Positions 31,204 to 40,690 are shown, counted from the first letter of the stretch. The stretch: DNA of 64,000 nt from Vicinamibacterales bacterium (GCA_050250875.1 JBFWNV010000010.1:22221-86220); one strand, 5' to 3'. Notes: generated from the letters alone by a model not told the origin. Numbers and translations are program-made.

Positions 31204-32511
31204 ATGCAGTGCACCCGGCGCGCGTTTCTCGACCTCCTCGGGGCCAGCACCGCGATCCCGGCGGTGGTGGTCACCCACCAGGCCGCAACGGCCGGCGCCG
31301 CCGCCTGGCGGCGGGAGTTCCCGGCCCTCGACCAGACCATCGACGGCAAGCCCCTCGCCTACCTCGACAGCGCCGCGACCACGCTGCGGCCGCGGGCGGT
31401 GATCGACGCCCAAGGTCGATTCGACGCCGCCGACAACGCCAACCCAGGGGCGGCGCTGCACACGCTGGCCCGGCGCGCCGCGGCCCACTACGGCGGCGCC
31501 CGCGCCCGCGTGGCGCGCTTCCTCAACGCCGGCTCCCCCGCCGAGATCGTCTTCACCAGGGGCACCACCGAGGCGATCAACCTGGTGGCCGCGACGTGGG
31601 GCGCCGCCCACGTCGCCCGCGGCGACGAAATCGTGCTGACCGTCGCCGAGCATTATTCGAACCTGCTGCCATGGCGGGCCGTCGCCGAGCGCGCCGGCGC
31701 GACGATTCGACTGGTGGACGTGGGCGACGACGGCCGGCTGCACCCCGACCGCGTGGCCGCGGCGCTGACCCCGCGCACCAGGCTGCTGGCGTTCAGCCAC
31801 GTGTCGAACGTGCTCGGCCTCGTCAATCCCGCGGCCGAGATCGCGGCACGCGCTCGGGCCCGGGGCGTGGCCGTGCTCATCGACGCCGCGCAGTCGGCGC
31901 CGCACGTCGGCCTCGACGTGCAGGCCCTGGGCTGCGATTTCCTGGCCTGCTCGAGCCACAAGCTGCTCGGCCCGATGGGCGTCGGCGTGCTGTGGGCCCG
32001 GCAGGCCACGCTCGACGCGATGCCGCCCTATCACCTGGGCAGCAACATGGCCCACGAGGTGGAGGCCACGTCCGTGCAGTTCGAGCACGGCGCCATGAAG
32101 TACCAGGCGGGCACGCCGGACGTGGCGGGAGCCGTCGGCCTGGCCGCCGCGCTCGACGTGCTCGATCGCTTCAACCTGGCGGCGGTCCGCCGCCACGACG
32201 CGTCACTCGTCGAGCACGCGCGCCGTGGCTTCGCGTCGGTGCGTGGGCTGCGTGTGCTCGGTGCGCTGACCGACGGTGTGGAGCGGCTGCCGGTGTTCAC
32301 CTTCACGCTGCCTGGCGTGGCCGTGAGCCGTCTGGTCGCGGCGCTCGACGCCGAAGGCATCGCCGTGCGCGGCGGCGACATGGCGGCGCTGCCGCTGCTG
32401 CGGCGGTTCGGCGTCGCCGAGACCGTCAGGGCGTCGTGCTACGTCTACACGACGACCGACGAGATCGACCGGATGGTCGATGTGCTCAGGCACCACGCTC
32501 GTGCGGCGTGA
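31204..32511 (+). CDS. SufS/CsdA-like class V PLP enzyme lacking the catalytic Cys, with Tat-like signal
   Basis: YLDSAATT, FTRGTTEAIN, DAAQS, SSHKLLGP and QAGTP are present; the RxGHHCA loop reads RGGDMAA; N-terminus MQCTRRAFL. Confidence 0.85.
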   Translation: MQCTRRAFLDLLGASTAIPAVVVTHQAATAGAAAWRREFPALDQTIDGKPLAYLDSAATTLRPRAVIDAQGRFDAADNANPGAALHTLARRAAAHYGGARARVARFLNAGSPAEIVFTRGTTEAINLVAATWGAAHVARGDEIVLTVAEHYSNLLPWRAVAERAGATIRLVDVGDDGRLHPDRVAAALTPRTRLLAFSHVSNVLGLVNPAAEIAARARARGVAVLIDAAQSAPHVGLDVQALGCDFLACSSHKLLGPMGVGVLWARQATLDAMPPYHLGSNMAHEVEATSVQFEHGAMKYQAGTPDVAGAVGLAAALDVLDRFNLAAVRRHDASLVEHARRGFASVRGLRVLGALTDGVERLPVFTFTLPGVAVSRLVAALDAEGIAVRGGDMAALPLLRRFGVAETVRASCYVYTTTDEIDRMVDVLRHHARAA

Positions 32512-32518
32512 GGTGCCA

Positions 32519-33256
32519 TCACCTCCAGGTGATCTCCATCCCGAAGAAGTGCAGGAACACCTGCCGGGCGGGGCGGTTCTTCGGGTTCGGTTGCGGGCTG
32601 CGGATGTAGAAGTCGATCTGCTGGGTGGCCGGGTTGGTCTCGCCGCCGGGCAGCTTCTTGCCGGCCAGCGGGTACTGGACGCGCAGCGTCTTGCGGTCGC
32701 GCAGGCCCTGCGTGACCATGAAGTGCATCTCGTAGTCCTGGTAGAGCGGCTTGCCGTTGAGCGTCGCGTGGCCGTAGCCCCAGCCAGCCAGGAAGCCGAC
32801 GGTCTTGGGCCAGTTGTCGTCGCCGCAGCCCGAATCGGTGCCGTGCTCGTGGATGTAGGCGACGATGCCGCCGTGCTGGCAGGGGCTGAACTCGTGCCAG
32901 CGATCCATCGCCAGCACCAGGTCACCGTCGGGAATCCGCAGCCGCGCTGTGAACGACCCGGTGTTGCGGATCTCGTCCACGTCGATCTCGGCGGTGCCGG
33001 TCACCGGGCGCACCGACGTCGCGTCGTTGTCGAGGTGATCCCAGCCCTCCGGATCGTTCAGGCCGCCGATCATGTGGATGCGGTTGGCCGAGATCACGAA
33101 GCGGCCATCGTAGAGGTCGTGCTGATCGGGCGCGAAGATGTGCACCTGGGCGCCCGGCTGCTGCCGCGGGTTCGGGGTCTGCCGGGCGAAGGGCCGCTCC
33201 GCGACCAGCCCGACGATCAGGGCCAGCCCTGCGGCCACCATGCAGGCGCGCGTCAT
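32519..33256 (-). CDS. Secreted hypothetical protein
   Basis: Signal peptide, GGAGG RBS, strongly GC-biased codon usage. Confidence 0.75.
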   Translation of the reverse strand: MTRACMVAAGLALIVGLVAERPFARQTPNPRQQPGAQVHIFAPDQHDLYDGRFVISANRIHMIGGLNDPEGWDHLDNDATSVRPVTGTAEIDVDEIRNTGSFTARLRIPDGDLVLAMDRWHEFSPCQHGGIVAYIHEHGTDSGCGDDNWPKTVGFLAGWGYGHATLNGKPLYQDYEMHFMVTQGLRDRKTLRVQYPLAGKKLPGGETNPATQQIDFYIRSPQPNPKNRPARQVFLHFFGMEITWR

Positions 33257-33282
33257 CGTCCACCTCCTGGGCCCGGCACCGG

Positions 33283-33328
33283 TTGCCGGCGGGTAACCAG
33301 GCGACTATACTCTGAAACGAACGTTACA
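33283..33328 (+). promoter_or_regulatory. Sigma-70 promoter plus operator-like palindrome of the chrB-like gene
   Basis: TTGCCG (33283-33288), 17 bp, TATACT (33306-33311); TGAAAC-GAAC-GTTACA (33313-33328) reaches the ATG. Confidence 0.6.
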
Positions 33329-34434
33329 TGACCAAGACGCCCGCCGCCCTGGCCCCGCCCAGGGCACCGCTCCGCCCGGCGCCGGCCGCGGCCACGCCGC
33401 GCTGGCTGCTGTTCGTGCACCAGCTGCCGGCCACGCCCTCGAACCTGCGCGTCCGCACCTGGCGGCGGCTGCAGCAGATCGGCGCCCTGCCGGTGAAGCA
33501 GGCGGTGTATGCGTTGCCCGACTCGCCGGCCGCGCGCGAGGACTTCGAGTGGCTGCGCAGCGAGGTCAAGGGCTCGGGCGGCGACGCCACGGTGTTCGTC
33601 GCCGACGCCGTCGATCGCTGGACCACCGACGCCCTGGTGGACGAGTTCCGGCGGGCACGGCAGGAGGCCTACGCGGCGCTGGCGGCCGACATCGACCAGG
33701 CGCTCGGCCGGGTCGCCGCGAAACGGCGTCCGCGCGGCACCCGGGCCCCGGCGGTCGGCCGCCTCGCCGACGGGTTCCGCGAGCGGCTGAGCGCGCTCGA
33801 GCGCATCGACTTCTTCGGCAGCGCCGGCCGCGACCGCGTCGTGTCGCTCCTGGCGCGGCTCGACGAGAAGACGCGGCGCGGCCGACCGGCCGCCGCCGCG
33901 CCAGCCGATGCCGGGCCGCTCGACCGCGCCGACTACCTGGGCCGGCTGTGGGTGACCCGCCCGCGCCCCGGCGTGGATCGCATGAGTTCGGCGTGGCTGA
34001 TTCGCCGCTTCGTGGACGGCCAGGCGCGCTTTGCGTTCGCCGCCGATCGCGAGAGCCTGCCGTCGGCGGCGGCCCTGCCCTTCGACATGTTCGGCGTGGA
34101 GTTCAGCCACCACGGCGACGACTGCACCTTCGAGACGCTGTGCCGCGTGTTCGGCATCGACGAGCCGGCCGTGGCCCGCATCGCCGCCATCGTCCACGAC
34201 CTCGACCTGAAGGACGGCCGTTTCGGCGCCGCCGAGGCCGCCACCGTCGGCGCCCTCATCGACGGCTTGCAGCGCGCGACCGACGACGACGGGCTGCTGC
34301 TCGAGCGCGGCATCACGCTCTTCGAGTCGCTCTACCAGTCGTTCGGGCACGCCGAGCGCCCGCCGCGTCCACGCGCCGTCGCCGGCACGCGGTCCACGCG
34401 TCGCGGCCAGGGGCCGTCCCGCCGCCAGCGGTAA
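33328..34434 (+). CDS. chrB: ChrB family chromate-resistance regulator-like protein
   Basis: N-domain WLLFVHQLP..RVRTWRRL...DFF; C-domain WVTRPRPGVDR..SAWLIRRFVD...PFDM...FSH...CTFE...IVHDLDLKD. Confidence 0.8.
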   Translation: MTKTPAALAPPRAPLRPAPAAATPRWLLFVHQLPATPSNLRVRTWRRLQQIGALPVKQAVYALPDSPAAREDFEWLRSEVKGSGGDATVFVADAVDRWTTDALVDEFRRARQEAYAALAADIDQALGRVAAKRRPRGTRAPAVGRLADGFRERLSALERIDFFGSAGRDRVVSLLARLDEKTRRGRPAAAAPADAGPLDRADYLGRLWVTRPRPGVDRMSSAWLIRRFVDGQARFAFAADRESLPSAAALPFDMFGVEFSHHGDDCTFETLCRVFGIDEPAVARIAAIVHDLDLKDGRFGAAEAATVGALIDGLQRATDDDGLLLERGITLFESLYQSFGHAERPPRPRAVAGTRSTRRGQGPSRRQR

Positions 34435-34446
34435 GGCTCGGTCCCG

Positions 34447-35664
34447 ATGCCCGGGCCCGCCGCCGCAGCCGTCCACGACGCCGGCGACGTGCGCGGCTTT
34501 CGCCGCTTGTGCGCCGCCGCGGTCGTCGCCTACTGCAGTTACGCCATCTGCCGCACGCCGCTCCTGCCGCTCTACGCCCGCGAGCTCGGGGCCGGGCCGG
34601 AACTCGTCGGCGCCGTTGTCGGAGCGTCCACGCTGGCCGGCGTGGTGATGAAGCTGCCGGCCGGCGCGCTGTCGGACGTGGTCGGCCGCCGGCCCATGCT
34701 GCTCGGCGGCGCCCTGCTGTTCGCGGCGCTGCCGTTTGCCTACGCGGCCGTCTCGACGTTGGCCGGGTTGATCGCGCTGCGCTACGTCCATGGCCACGCG
34801 ACGGCGATCTTCGGGCCGGTGGCGTCGGCCAGCGTCTCGGACATCGCGCCCCCGGGCCGGCGCGGCGCGTGGCTCAGCGGCTACGCCGCCGCGCAGGGGG
34901 CCGGCCAGGCCATGGGGCCGCTGGTTGCCGGCGCGCTCATCGCCGGCGGGTCGTTCGGCCCGGCGTTCCTCGTCGCCGGCCTGGTCGGTCTTGCCGCGCC
35001 CGTCGTCGTGGCCACCTGGACGCCGCCGCCGCGCGAACCGGTGACGGGCCCGCGCTGGCCGCTCTTCGCCGCCGGCATCCGCGAGGTGCTCACCCATCGC
35101 CTGCTGCTCGTCGCCAGCGTGGCCAACGCCGGGCAGTTCGTGGTGAGCGGGGCGTTGAACGCGTTCCTGCCGCTCTATGCCCGCGACCTGGTGGGACTGA
35201 CGACCACCGAAGTCGGCGGCCTCTTCGCCGCGCAGACGGTGACCACGCTGGCCATGCGGCCGCTCGTCGGCCGGCTGTCGGATCAACTCGGGAGACGTGC
35301 GCTCGTCGTCGCCGGGCTGGTCGCGTGCGCCGTCACCGTGTGGGTGCTGCCCCTGGCCGGCGATGGCGCGTCATTGGCGGCGTTCGTCGTCGTGTACGCG
35401 GCCGGGGTCGCGGCCACCGCCATGGCGACCACGGCCTTCGTCACCGACGTGACCAGCCGGGCCCGCTACGGCGCCGCGCACGGTGTGTTCGGCACCATCT
35501 ACGACATCGGCGACGCGCTGGGCCCGCTGGCCGGCGGACTGGTGGTGGCGGCAGCCGGTTATCCGGCGATGTTCCGCGCCGCCGCGGTGCTGGCGCTGGT
35601 CATCGCCGCCGTATTCGCGGTGGCTTCACGGAATGCGACGGTCGGCGCGGCGGCCGCCACCTGA
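34447..35664 (+). CDS. MFS transporter
   Basis: GALSDVVGRR and GRLSDQLGRR motif A; about 12 TM; 12 nt after chrB. Confidence 0.9.
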   Translation: MPGPAAAAVHDAGDVRGFRRLCAAAVVAYCSYAICRTPLLPLYARELGAGPELVGAVVGASTLAGVVMKLPAGALSDVVGRRPMLLGGALLFAALPFAYAAVSTLAGLIALRYVHGHATAIFGPVASASVSDIAPPGRRGAWLSGYAAAQGAGQAMGPLVAGALIAGGSFGPAFLVAGLVGLAAPVVVATWTPPPREPVTGPRWPLFAAGIREVLTHRLLLVASVANAGQFVVSGALNAFLPLYARDLVGLTTTEVGGLFAAQTVTTLAMRPLVGRLSDQLGRRALVVAGLVACAVTVWVLPLAGDGASLAAFVVVYAAGVAATAMATTAFVTDVTSRARYGAAHGVFGTIYDIGDALGPLAGGLVVAAAGYPAMFRAAAVLALVIAAVFAVASRNATVGAAAAT

Positions 35665-36320
35665 TCGACTGGGGTCGCCGCGGCCCGCCTGAACAGCACC
35701 GCCAGCGACCAGGTCGCGCCCGGGAACGTGATCGCCCACAGTGCGGCGATCCAGATCAGCCAGTGCACGTACATCTGCAGCGCGATGAACGGCACGATCA
35801 GGCCGTTGGCGGTGAGGAACCACCGGGCGGTGCGCTCGATCCCCGGCCCGGTGAGCGCCCGCGCCGCGGCCAGCGTCGCCAGGCTCATGAAGCTGTAGCC
35901 CAGGATGTCCACCGCGTAGAGGAACGAGTCGAACGGCGTGAAGATGAACGGCTCCATGCCGGCGATTCGGCCGGCGGCCAGCCGCGGCCCCACCCAGGTG
36001 AGCTGCACGTAGTAGTTGATGGCGATGAGCGCGGTGTAGATGGTGGCGAAGGTCACCGCCACGTGGCTCCACAGCCGGCGCTCGGGCGGCACCCAGTGGT
36101 GCAGGCTCACCATCAGGATCAGGAACGACGGCCCGAGGAACAGCGACGGCGTGAGCAGCACGACGATGCCGAGCGGCGTGCTGAGGTTGTGCGCGCCGCC
36201 GCCGGATCCGAGCCAGCCGGCCCACTCCGCCAGCTGCGCCACCACGTACATCAGGCTGAAGACCGTGGCGGCGATCGCGGACCAGAATCCTACGGCAGGC
36301 ACGGACGAGGTGGCAGCCAT
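35559..36320 (-). CDS. Hypothetical multi-pass membrane protein
   Basis: About 6 TM (YYVQL, DILGYSFMSLA); GAGGAG RBS; the tail overlaps the MFS gene. Confidence 0.75.
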   Translation of the reverse strand: MAATSSVPAVGFWSAIAATVFSLMYVVAQLAEWAGWLGSGGGAHNLSTPLGIVVLLTPSLFLGPSFLILMVSLHHWVPPERRLWSHVAVTFATIYTALIAINYYVQLTWVGPRLAAGRIAGMEPFIFTPFDSFLYAVDILGYSFMSLATLAAARALTGPGIERTARWFLTANGLIVPFIALQMYVHWLIWIAALWAITFPGATWSLAVLFRRAAATPVDQVAAAAPTVAFREATANTAAMTSASTAAARNIAG

Positions 36321-36355
36321 GACACGCTCCTCTCGAGGCGGACCACGGCCCGCAC

Positions 36356-36371
36356 TGCACGGGGGATGCCA
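36356..36371 (-). promoter_or_regulatory. Putative sigma-54 promoter
   Basis: Minus strand TGGCATCCCCCGTGCA, GG-N10-GC, 35 nt upstream of ATG 36320. Confidence 0.45.
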
Positions 36372-36484
36372 GCGGCGCGGCCCGGCCAGCCACAGGGGAA
36401 CTCGCGCACCGCGCCCGGGTGGGCGCCGGCGTCGGCCGGGAAACCCCCCGGGCGCCGGGAATTCCGGGCGGCGTCAGCCCACGC

Positions 36485-37924
36485 TCACAGCAGGCCAAGC
36501 CACGGGCCGATGAGCAGCAGCAACCCGGTCAGCACCACCACCCAGGCCACGGTGAGAATGGCGCCGGGCAGCAGCATGTCGAACATGCGGTAGTAGCCCT
36601 TGCCGTAGGTCACCAGCGTCACGGCGTCGAGCGGCAGCAGGAACGCGCACGACGCCGAGAACACCACCGGCAGGCCGTAGAGCGCCGGGTTCTGCCCGGC
36701 CGACAGGGCCAGCAGCGCAATCGGCGGCGTCATCGACGCGACGATCGCCGGGTTCACCGGCACGATCAGGTGGATGAGGGCGATGAAGGCGCTGATGCCG
36801 GCGACGACCACCGCCACCGGCAGTTCGGTGAGGCCGCCGAGCACGCCGTCCACCAGCGCCTTGGCCAGTCCGGAGCTGGCCGACACCGCGCCCAGCGAGG
36901 TGACGCTGCCAATCATCAGCAGCGAGTCCCAGGCGGTGGCGCGCTCGACCTCCTTCCATGAGGCGAAGAGTCCCATGCCGGGCAGGAACAGCACCACGGC
37001 GCCGAGCACGGTGACGATCACGACGTCGATGCGCGGGATCCACGAGCTGGCGATCCACAGCGCGAGCATCACCGCCGCCACCAGCAGCACCCGCCACTCG
37101 CGCGCGGTCACCGGTCCGAGGGCGCGCAGCTCGGCGGCGAAGTCGATGCCTTCGATGCGCCGCTGCTCGGGCGGGTAGCACCACAACAGCACCTTGGCGG
37201 CCAGCGGCACCAACAGGATCACCATCGGCAGGCCGATCGCCATCCAGTGCACGAATGGCACGCGCACCTTGCCGTACTGCTCGAGAAAGGTCAGGCCGAG
37301 CACGTTCACCGAGCTGCCGGCCGGCGTGCCGATGCCGCCGATGAACGAGGCCATCGGGATGCCGATCATCACCCCGCGGGCGAACTGCGAGCCGGGTGTG
37401 AGACCCATCCGATCGAACAGGCCGAGCGCCGCCACCATGAACACCGCCGCCGCCGGCACGTCCGAGATGATGGTGGAGACCGCCGCGGTGCCCACCATCA
37501 GCAGGGTGAGCGTGCGATGCGTCGAGCCGTCGGCGCGGGCCAGCAGCCAGCCGGCGAAGCGGCGATCCAGGCCGCTGACCGCCATCGCGTGGGTGAGCAC
37601 GAACATCGCCAGCACGAAGAAGAACACCGGCGACATGAAGCTGGCGAAGGCGGCGCCGAGCGGGGCCAGGCCGAGCATCGGCTGGAGCACCAGCACCAGC
37701 AGCGCCGTGACGGCAATCGGGATGGCCTCGCTCACCCACAGGATGAGCGCCACGATCAGCAGCGCCCCGGCGCGCTGCGCCGCCGGCGGCAGGCCGCCGG
37801 GCCACGGCACGGTCGCCAGCAGCACGCCGACCACGACGGCCGCGAGCAGCGCCCGCCGGGCGGCACGCGACGCTGCCGCGGGCGTGGGGGATGTCGGGGC
37901 GGGCGGTGGGAGCGCGGTGACCAT
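36485..37924 (-). CDS. SLC13/DASS family anion transporter
   Basis: LWVSEAIP, IGGIGTPAGSSVN, SCAFLLP; many TM segments. Confidence 0.88.
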   Translation of the reverse strand: MVTALPPPAPTSPTPAAASRAARRALLAAVVVGVLLATVPWPGGLPPAAQRAGALLIVALILWVSEAIPIAVTALLVLVLQPMLGLAPLGAAFASFMSPVFFFVLAMFVLTHAMAVSGLDRRFAGWLLARADGSTHRTLTLLMVGTAAVSTIISDVPAAAVFMVAALGLFDRMGLTPGSQFARGVMIGIPMASFIGGIGTPAGSSVNVLGLTFLEQYGKVRVPFVHWMAIGLPMVILLVPLAAKVLLWCYPPEQRRIEGIDFAAELRALGPVTAREWRVLLVAAVMLALWIASSWIPRIDVVIVTVLGAVVLFLPGMGLFASWKEVERATAWDSLLMIGSVTSLGAVSASSGLAKALVDGVLGGLTELPVAVVVAGISAFIALIHLIVPVNPAIVASMTPPIALLALSAGQNPALYGLPVVFSASCAFLLPLDAVTLVTYGKGYYRMFDMLLPGAILTVAWVVVLTGLLLLIGPWLGLL

Positions 37925-37995
37925 CGGCGGTGACGGGCGGCGGCGATAGCATAGTCGCAGCCGCGGCTGCTGCCGCGCCGTCCGAGGTTCCCCGC

Positions 37996-39105
37996 ATGCA
38001 TCGCGACACCGCCCTGCTCCACGCCGGCCATCCGCCCACCGCCGCGCCCGGTCCGTTCAGCGGCGGTCCGGTCTTCGCGTCCACCTATGTCACGCCCGGC
38101 GAACCGGCGGCGCACGGCCTGACCTACGGCCGCTTCCACAATCCGACGTGGACCGCCTGGGAACAGGCCCTCGGCGAACTCGAAGGCGGCGAGGTGGTGG
38201 CGTTCGCGTCGGGGATGGCCGCGGTGTCGGCGCTGCTCGGCACTACGCTGTCGCCCGGCGACGTGCTGGTCGTGCCGTCCGACTGCTACTACACGGTGCG
38301 CGTCGTCGCGGCGAACTGGCTCGAGAAGATCGGCATCACCGTGCGCCAGGCACCCACGGCCGGCGCGGGGCTGGGGGCCGCGCTCGACGGCGCACGCCTG
38401 CTGTGGCTGGAGACGCCTTCGAATCCGCACCTCGACGTGTGCGACATCCGTCAGCTCGCCGAGGCGGCGAAGGCGCGCGGCGCCCTGACCGCGGTGGACA
38501 ACACGACCGCGACCGCCTATCTGCAGCAGCCGCTGGCGCTCGGCGTGGACTACGTCGTCGCCTCGGACACCAAGGCCATCACCGGCCACAGCGACCTCAT
38601 CCTCGGCCACGTCGCCACGCGACACGCCGACGGCCTGACGGCGCTGCGCACCTGGCGCACCCAGCACGGCGCCATCCCGGGCCCCATGGAGGTGTGGCTC
38701 GCCCATCGCTCGTTCGCCACCCTCGCCCTGCGGATGAACCGGCAGTGCGCCTCCGCCGCGCAGCTGGCGGCGCGCCTGGCGGCGCATCCCGCGGTGACGG
38801 CCGTGCACTACCCCGGCCTGCCGAGCCATCCGGGCCACGCCGTGGCCGCCCGGCAGATGTTTGCGTTCGGCGGGGTCGTGAGCTTCGACCTGCGCACCCG
38901 GGCCCGCGCCGAACGATTCCTGCAGTCGCTCACGCTGGTGCGCGAAGCCACCAGCTTCGGCGGCATGCACTCGAGCGCCGAGCGCCGCGCCCGCTGGGGC
39001 GGCGACGCCATCGGCGAGGGCTTCATCCGCTTCAGCGTCGGTTGTGAGGACGCCGGCGACCTGCTGGCCGACGTCGAGCAGGCGCTGTCGGCCCTGCCGT
39101 CGTGA
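37996..39105 (+). CDS. Cystathionine gamma-lyase / Cys-Met metabolism PLP enzyme
   Basis: YGRFHNPT, FASGMAA, ETPSNP, VDNT, SDTKAITGHSD, ATSFGG, RFSVGCED. Confidence 0.88.
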   Translation: MHRDTALLHAGHPPTAAPGPFSGGPVFASTYVTPGEPAAHGLTYGRFHNPTWTAWEQALGELEGGEVVAFASGMAAVSALLGTTLSPGDVLVVPSDCYYTVRVVAANWLEKIGITVRQAPTAGAGLGAALDGARLLWLETPSNPHLDVCDIRQLAEAAKARGALTAVDNTTATAYLQQPLALGVDYVVASDTKAITGHSDLILGHVATRHADGLTALRTWRTQHGAIPGPMEVWLAHRSFATLALRMNRQCASAAQLAARLAAHPAVTAVHYPGLPSHPGHAVAARQMFAFGGVVSFDLRTRARAERFLQSLTLVREATSFGGMHSSAERRARWGGDAIGEGFIRFSVGCEDAGDLLADVEQALSALPS

Positions 39106-39119
39106 GATCATCTCCGCCG

Positions 39120-40079
39120 ATGGCGAGACGAGTGATGTCGCGGGTGCCCCTGGCGTGGCTGGTCGTGGCGGCCTCGGCTGCCGTGCCGGCGCTGCCGGCC
39201 GGGCAGTCGAGCGGGCGGGCGGCGATCGAGGGCCTGTGGAACTCGGCCACGACCACGCCGATCGAGCGGCCCGCCGAGCTGAAGGACAAGCCCGTCTTCA
39301 CGCCCGAGGAAGCGGCCGCCTGGGACCGGCGTATCGCCGAACGCAACGCCGAGCCGGCGCCCGGCACGCCCAACCGCGGCACCGGCACCTACAACACGTT
39401 CTACCGCGAGTTCGGCACGGCGACGGTGAAGACGCTGCGCACCTCGATCGTCACCGACCCGCCCGGCGGACGCATCCCGCCGCTCACGCCCGCAGCCGCC
39501 GAACGGCGGCGGCAGCGCATCGAACGCCAGCGGGCCACGGAGAACGCCGAAGACCTGGGGCTCCAGGATCGCTGCCTGACGTTCCTCACGGCCGGGCCGC
39601 CGCTGCTGCCCTACACCTACAACAGCAACTACCAGATCGTGGTCACGCGGGAGGCCGTGGTGATCCACGCCGAGATGATCCACGAGGCGCGCGTCGTCCA
39701 CATGAACCGCGAGCATCTGCCGGCGGCCGTGCGCAGCTGGACCGGCGACTCGATCGGCCGCTGGGAGGGCGACACGCTGGTCGTGGACACCACCAACTTC
39801 AACGACGGCGGCGGCTTCTACGGCGACGCCGGCGGCAACTTCGGCTGGGACGAGAACCTGCACGTCGTCGAGCGCTTCAGCCTGCTCGATCCGGAGACGC
39901 TGCTCTACCGCTTCGAGATCGACAACCCTACGGCGTTCACGCGGCCGTGGCGGGGCGAGCTGACGATGAGCCGGACCACGGGCCTCATCTACGAGTTCGC
40001 CTGCCACGAGGGCAACTACTCGCTCGAGAACATGCTGCGCGGGTTCCGCGCCGCCGAGAAGGCCCGCGGCGGCCGCTAG
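39120..40079 (+). CDS. Secreted hypothetical protein (CHEGN-motif family)
   Basis: Signal peptide; RTSIVTDPPGGRIP, DRCL, GDSIGRWEGDTLVVDTTNF, EFACHEGNY. Confidence 0.75.
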   Translation: MARRVMSRVPLAWLVVAASAAVPALPAGQSSGRAAIEGLWNSATTTPIERPAELKDKPVFTPEEAAAWDRRIAERNAEPAPGTPNRGTGTYNTFYREFGTATVKTLRTSIVTDPPGGRIPPLTPAAAERRRQRIERQRATENAEDLGLQDRCLTFLTAGPPLLPYTYNSNYQIVVTREAVVIHAEMIHEARVVHMNREHLPAAVRSWTGDSIGRWEGDTLVVDTTNFNDGGGFYGDAGGNFGWDENLHVVERFSLLDPETLLYRFEIDNPTAFTRPWRGELTMSRTTGLIYEFACHEGNYSLENMLRGFRAAEKARGGR

Positions 40080-40099
40080 CGCCATCGGACCCGGCTCGA

Positions 40100-40690
40100 C
40101 TACGCCAGTGATGCTCGACTGGCATCGAGGGCGAGGGCGATGACGTGCCACTCCTCGCCGGTGATGTCATCGGGATAGACGTGGATGGTCTCGAAGCCAA
40201 CGCGGCGGTGAGCACGAAGAGAGCGGGTGTTGCGGGCCGCCACTTCGGTCACCGTGAAGTCGTAGCGTTCGCGACACTGCTCGGCCATCGCCCGGTAGAG
40301 GCCGTCGAAGATGCCGGCGCCGCGATAGCCCTCGGCGACGCAGATCTGGCCCATCACGAACCAGCGGGGATCGTCGCGCAGCGGCCGACCACGCCATTGC
40401 AGCCCCTCGAGCACGGCGAACAGCGGCCGCAGAATCGGCACGTCGGCGGCGAACTCCCGCGGCATGACCAGCGCGTAGCCGACCACCGCGTCGCCGTCGG
40501 TGGCGATGACGCCGGGCGCGACGTCGCTCATCCGCTGCAGCACCGCGAGGTCATGGCGCACCGTGACGAATCCCTGCGCCGCCATCTCCGCCGCGGTCAG
40601 CGCCGTCGGGTGGTTGGCGGCCTGGAGCGCGTGAATCTGCCGCACTTCGGCGGAGTTGGAGACGGCGCGGTAGACGATCGGCGGCGGCAT
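40100..40690 (-). CDS. GNAT family N-acetyltransferase
   Basis: MGQICVAEGYRGAG motif A; NTRSLRAHRRVGF. Confidence 0.85.
   Translation of the reverse strand: MPPPIVYRAVSNSAEVRQIHALQAANHPTALTAAEMAAQGFVTVRHDLAVLQRMSDVAPGVIATDGDAVVGYALVMPREFAADVPILRPLFAVLEGLQWRGRPLRDDPRWFVMGQICVAEGYRGAGIFDGLYRAMAEQCRERYDFTVTEVAARNTRSLRAHRRVGFETIHVYPDDITGEEWHVIALALDASRASLA

Noticed and set aside
33328-35664. Canonical chromate resistance operon
   Set aside because: No chrA, chrC or chrF in the window; only the ChrB-like gene and an MFS.
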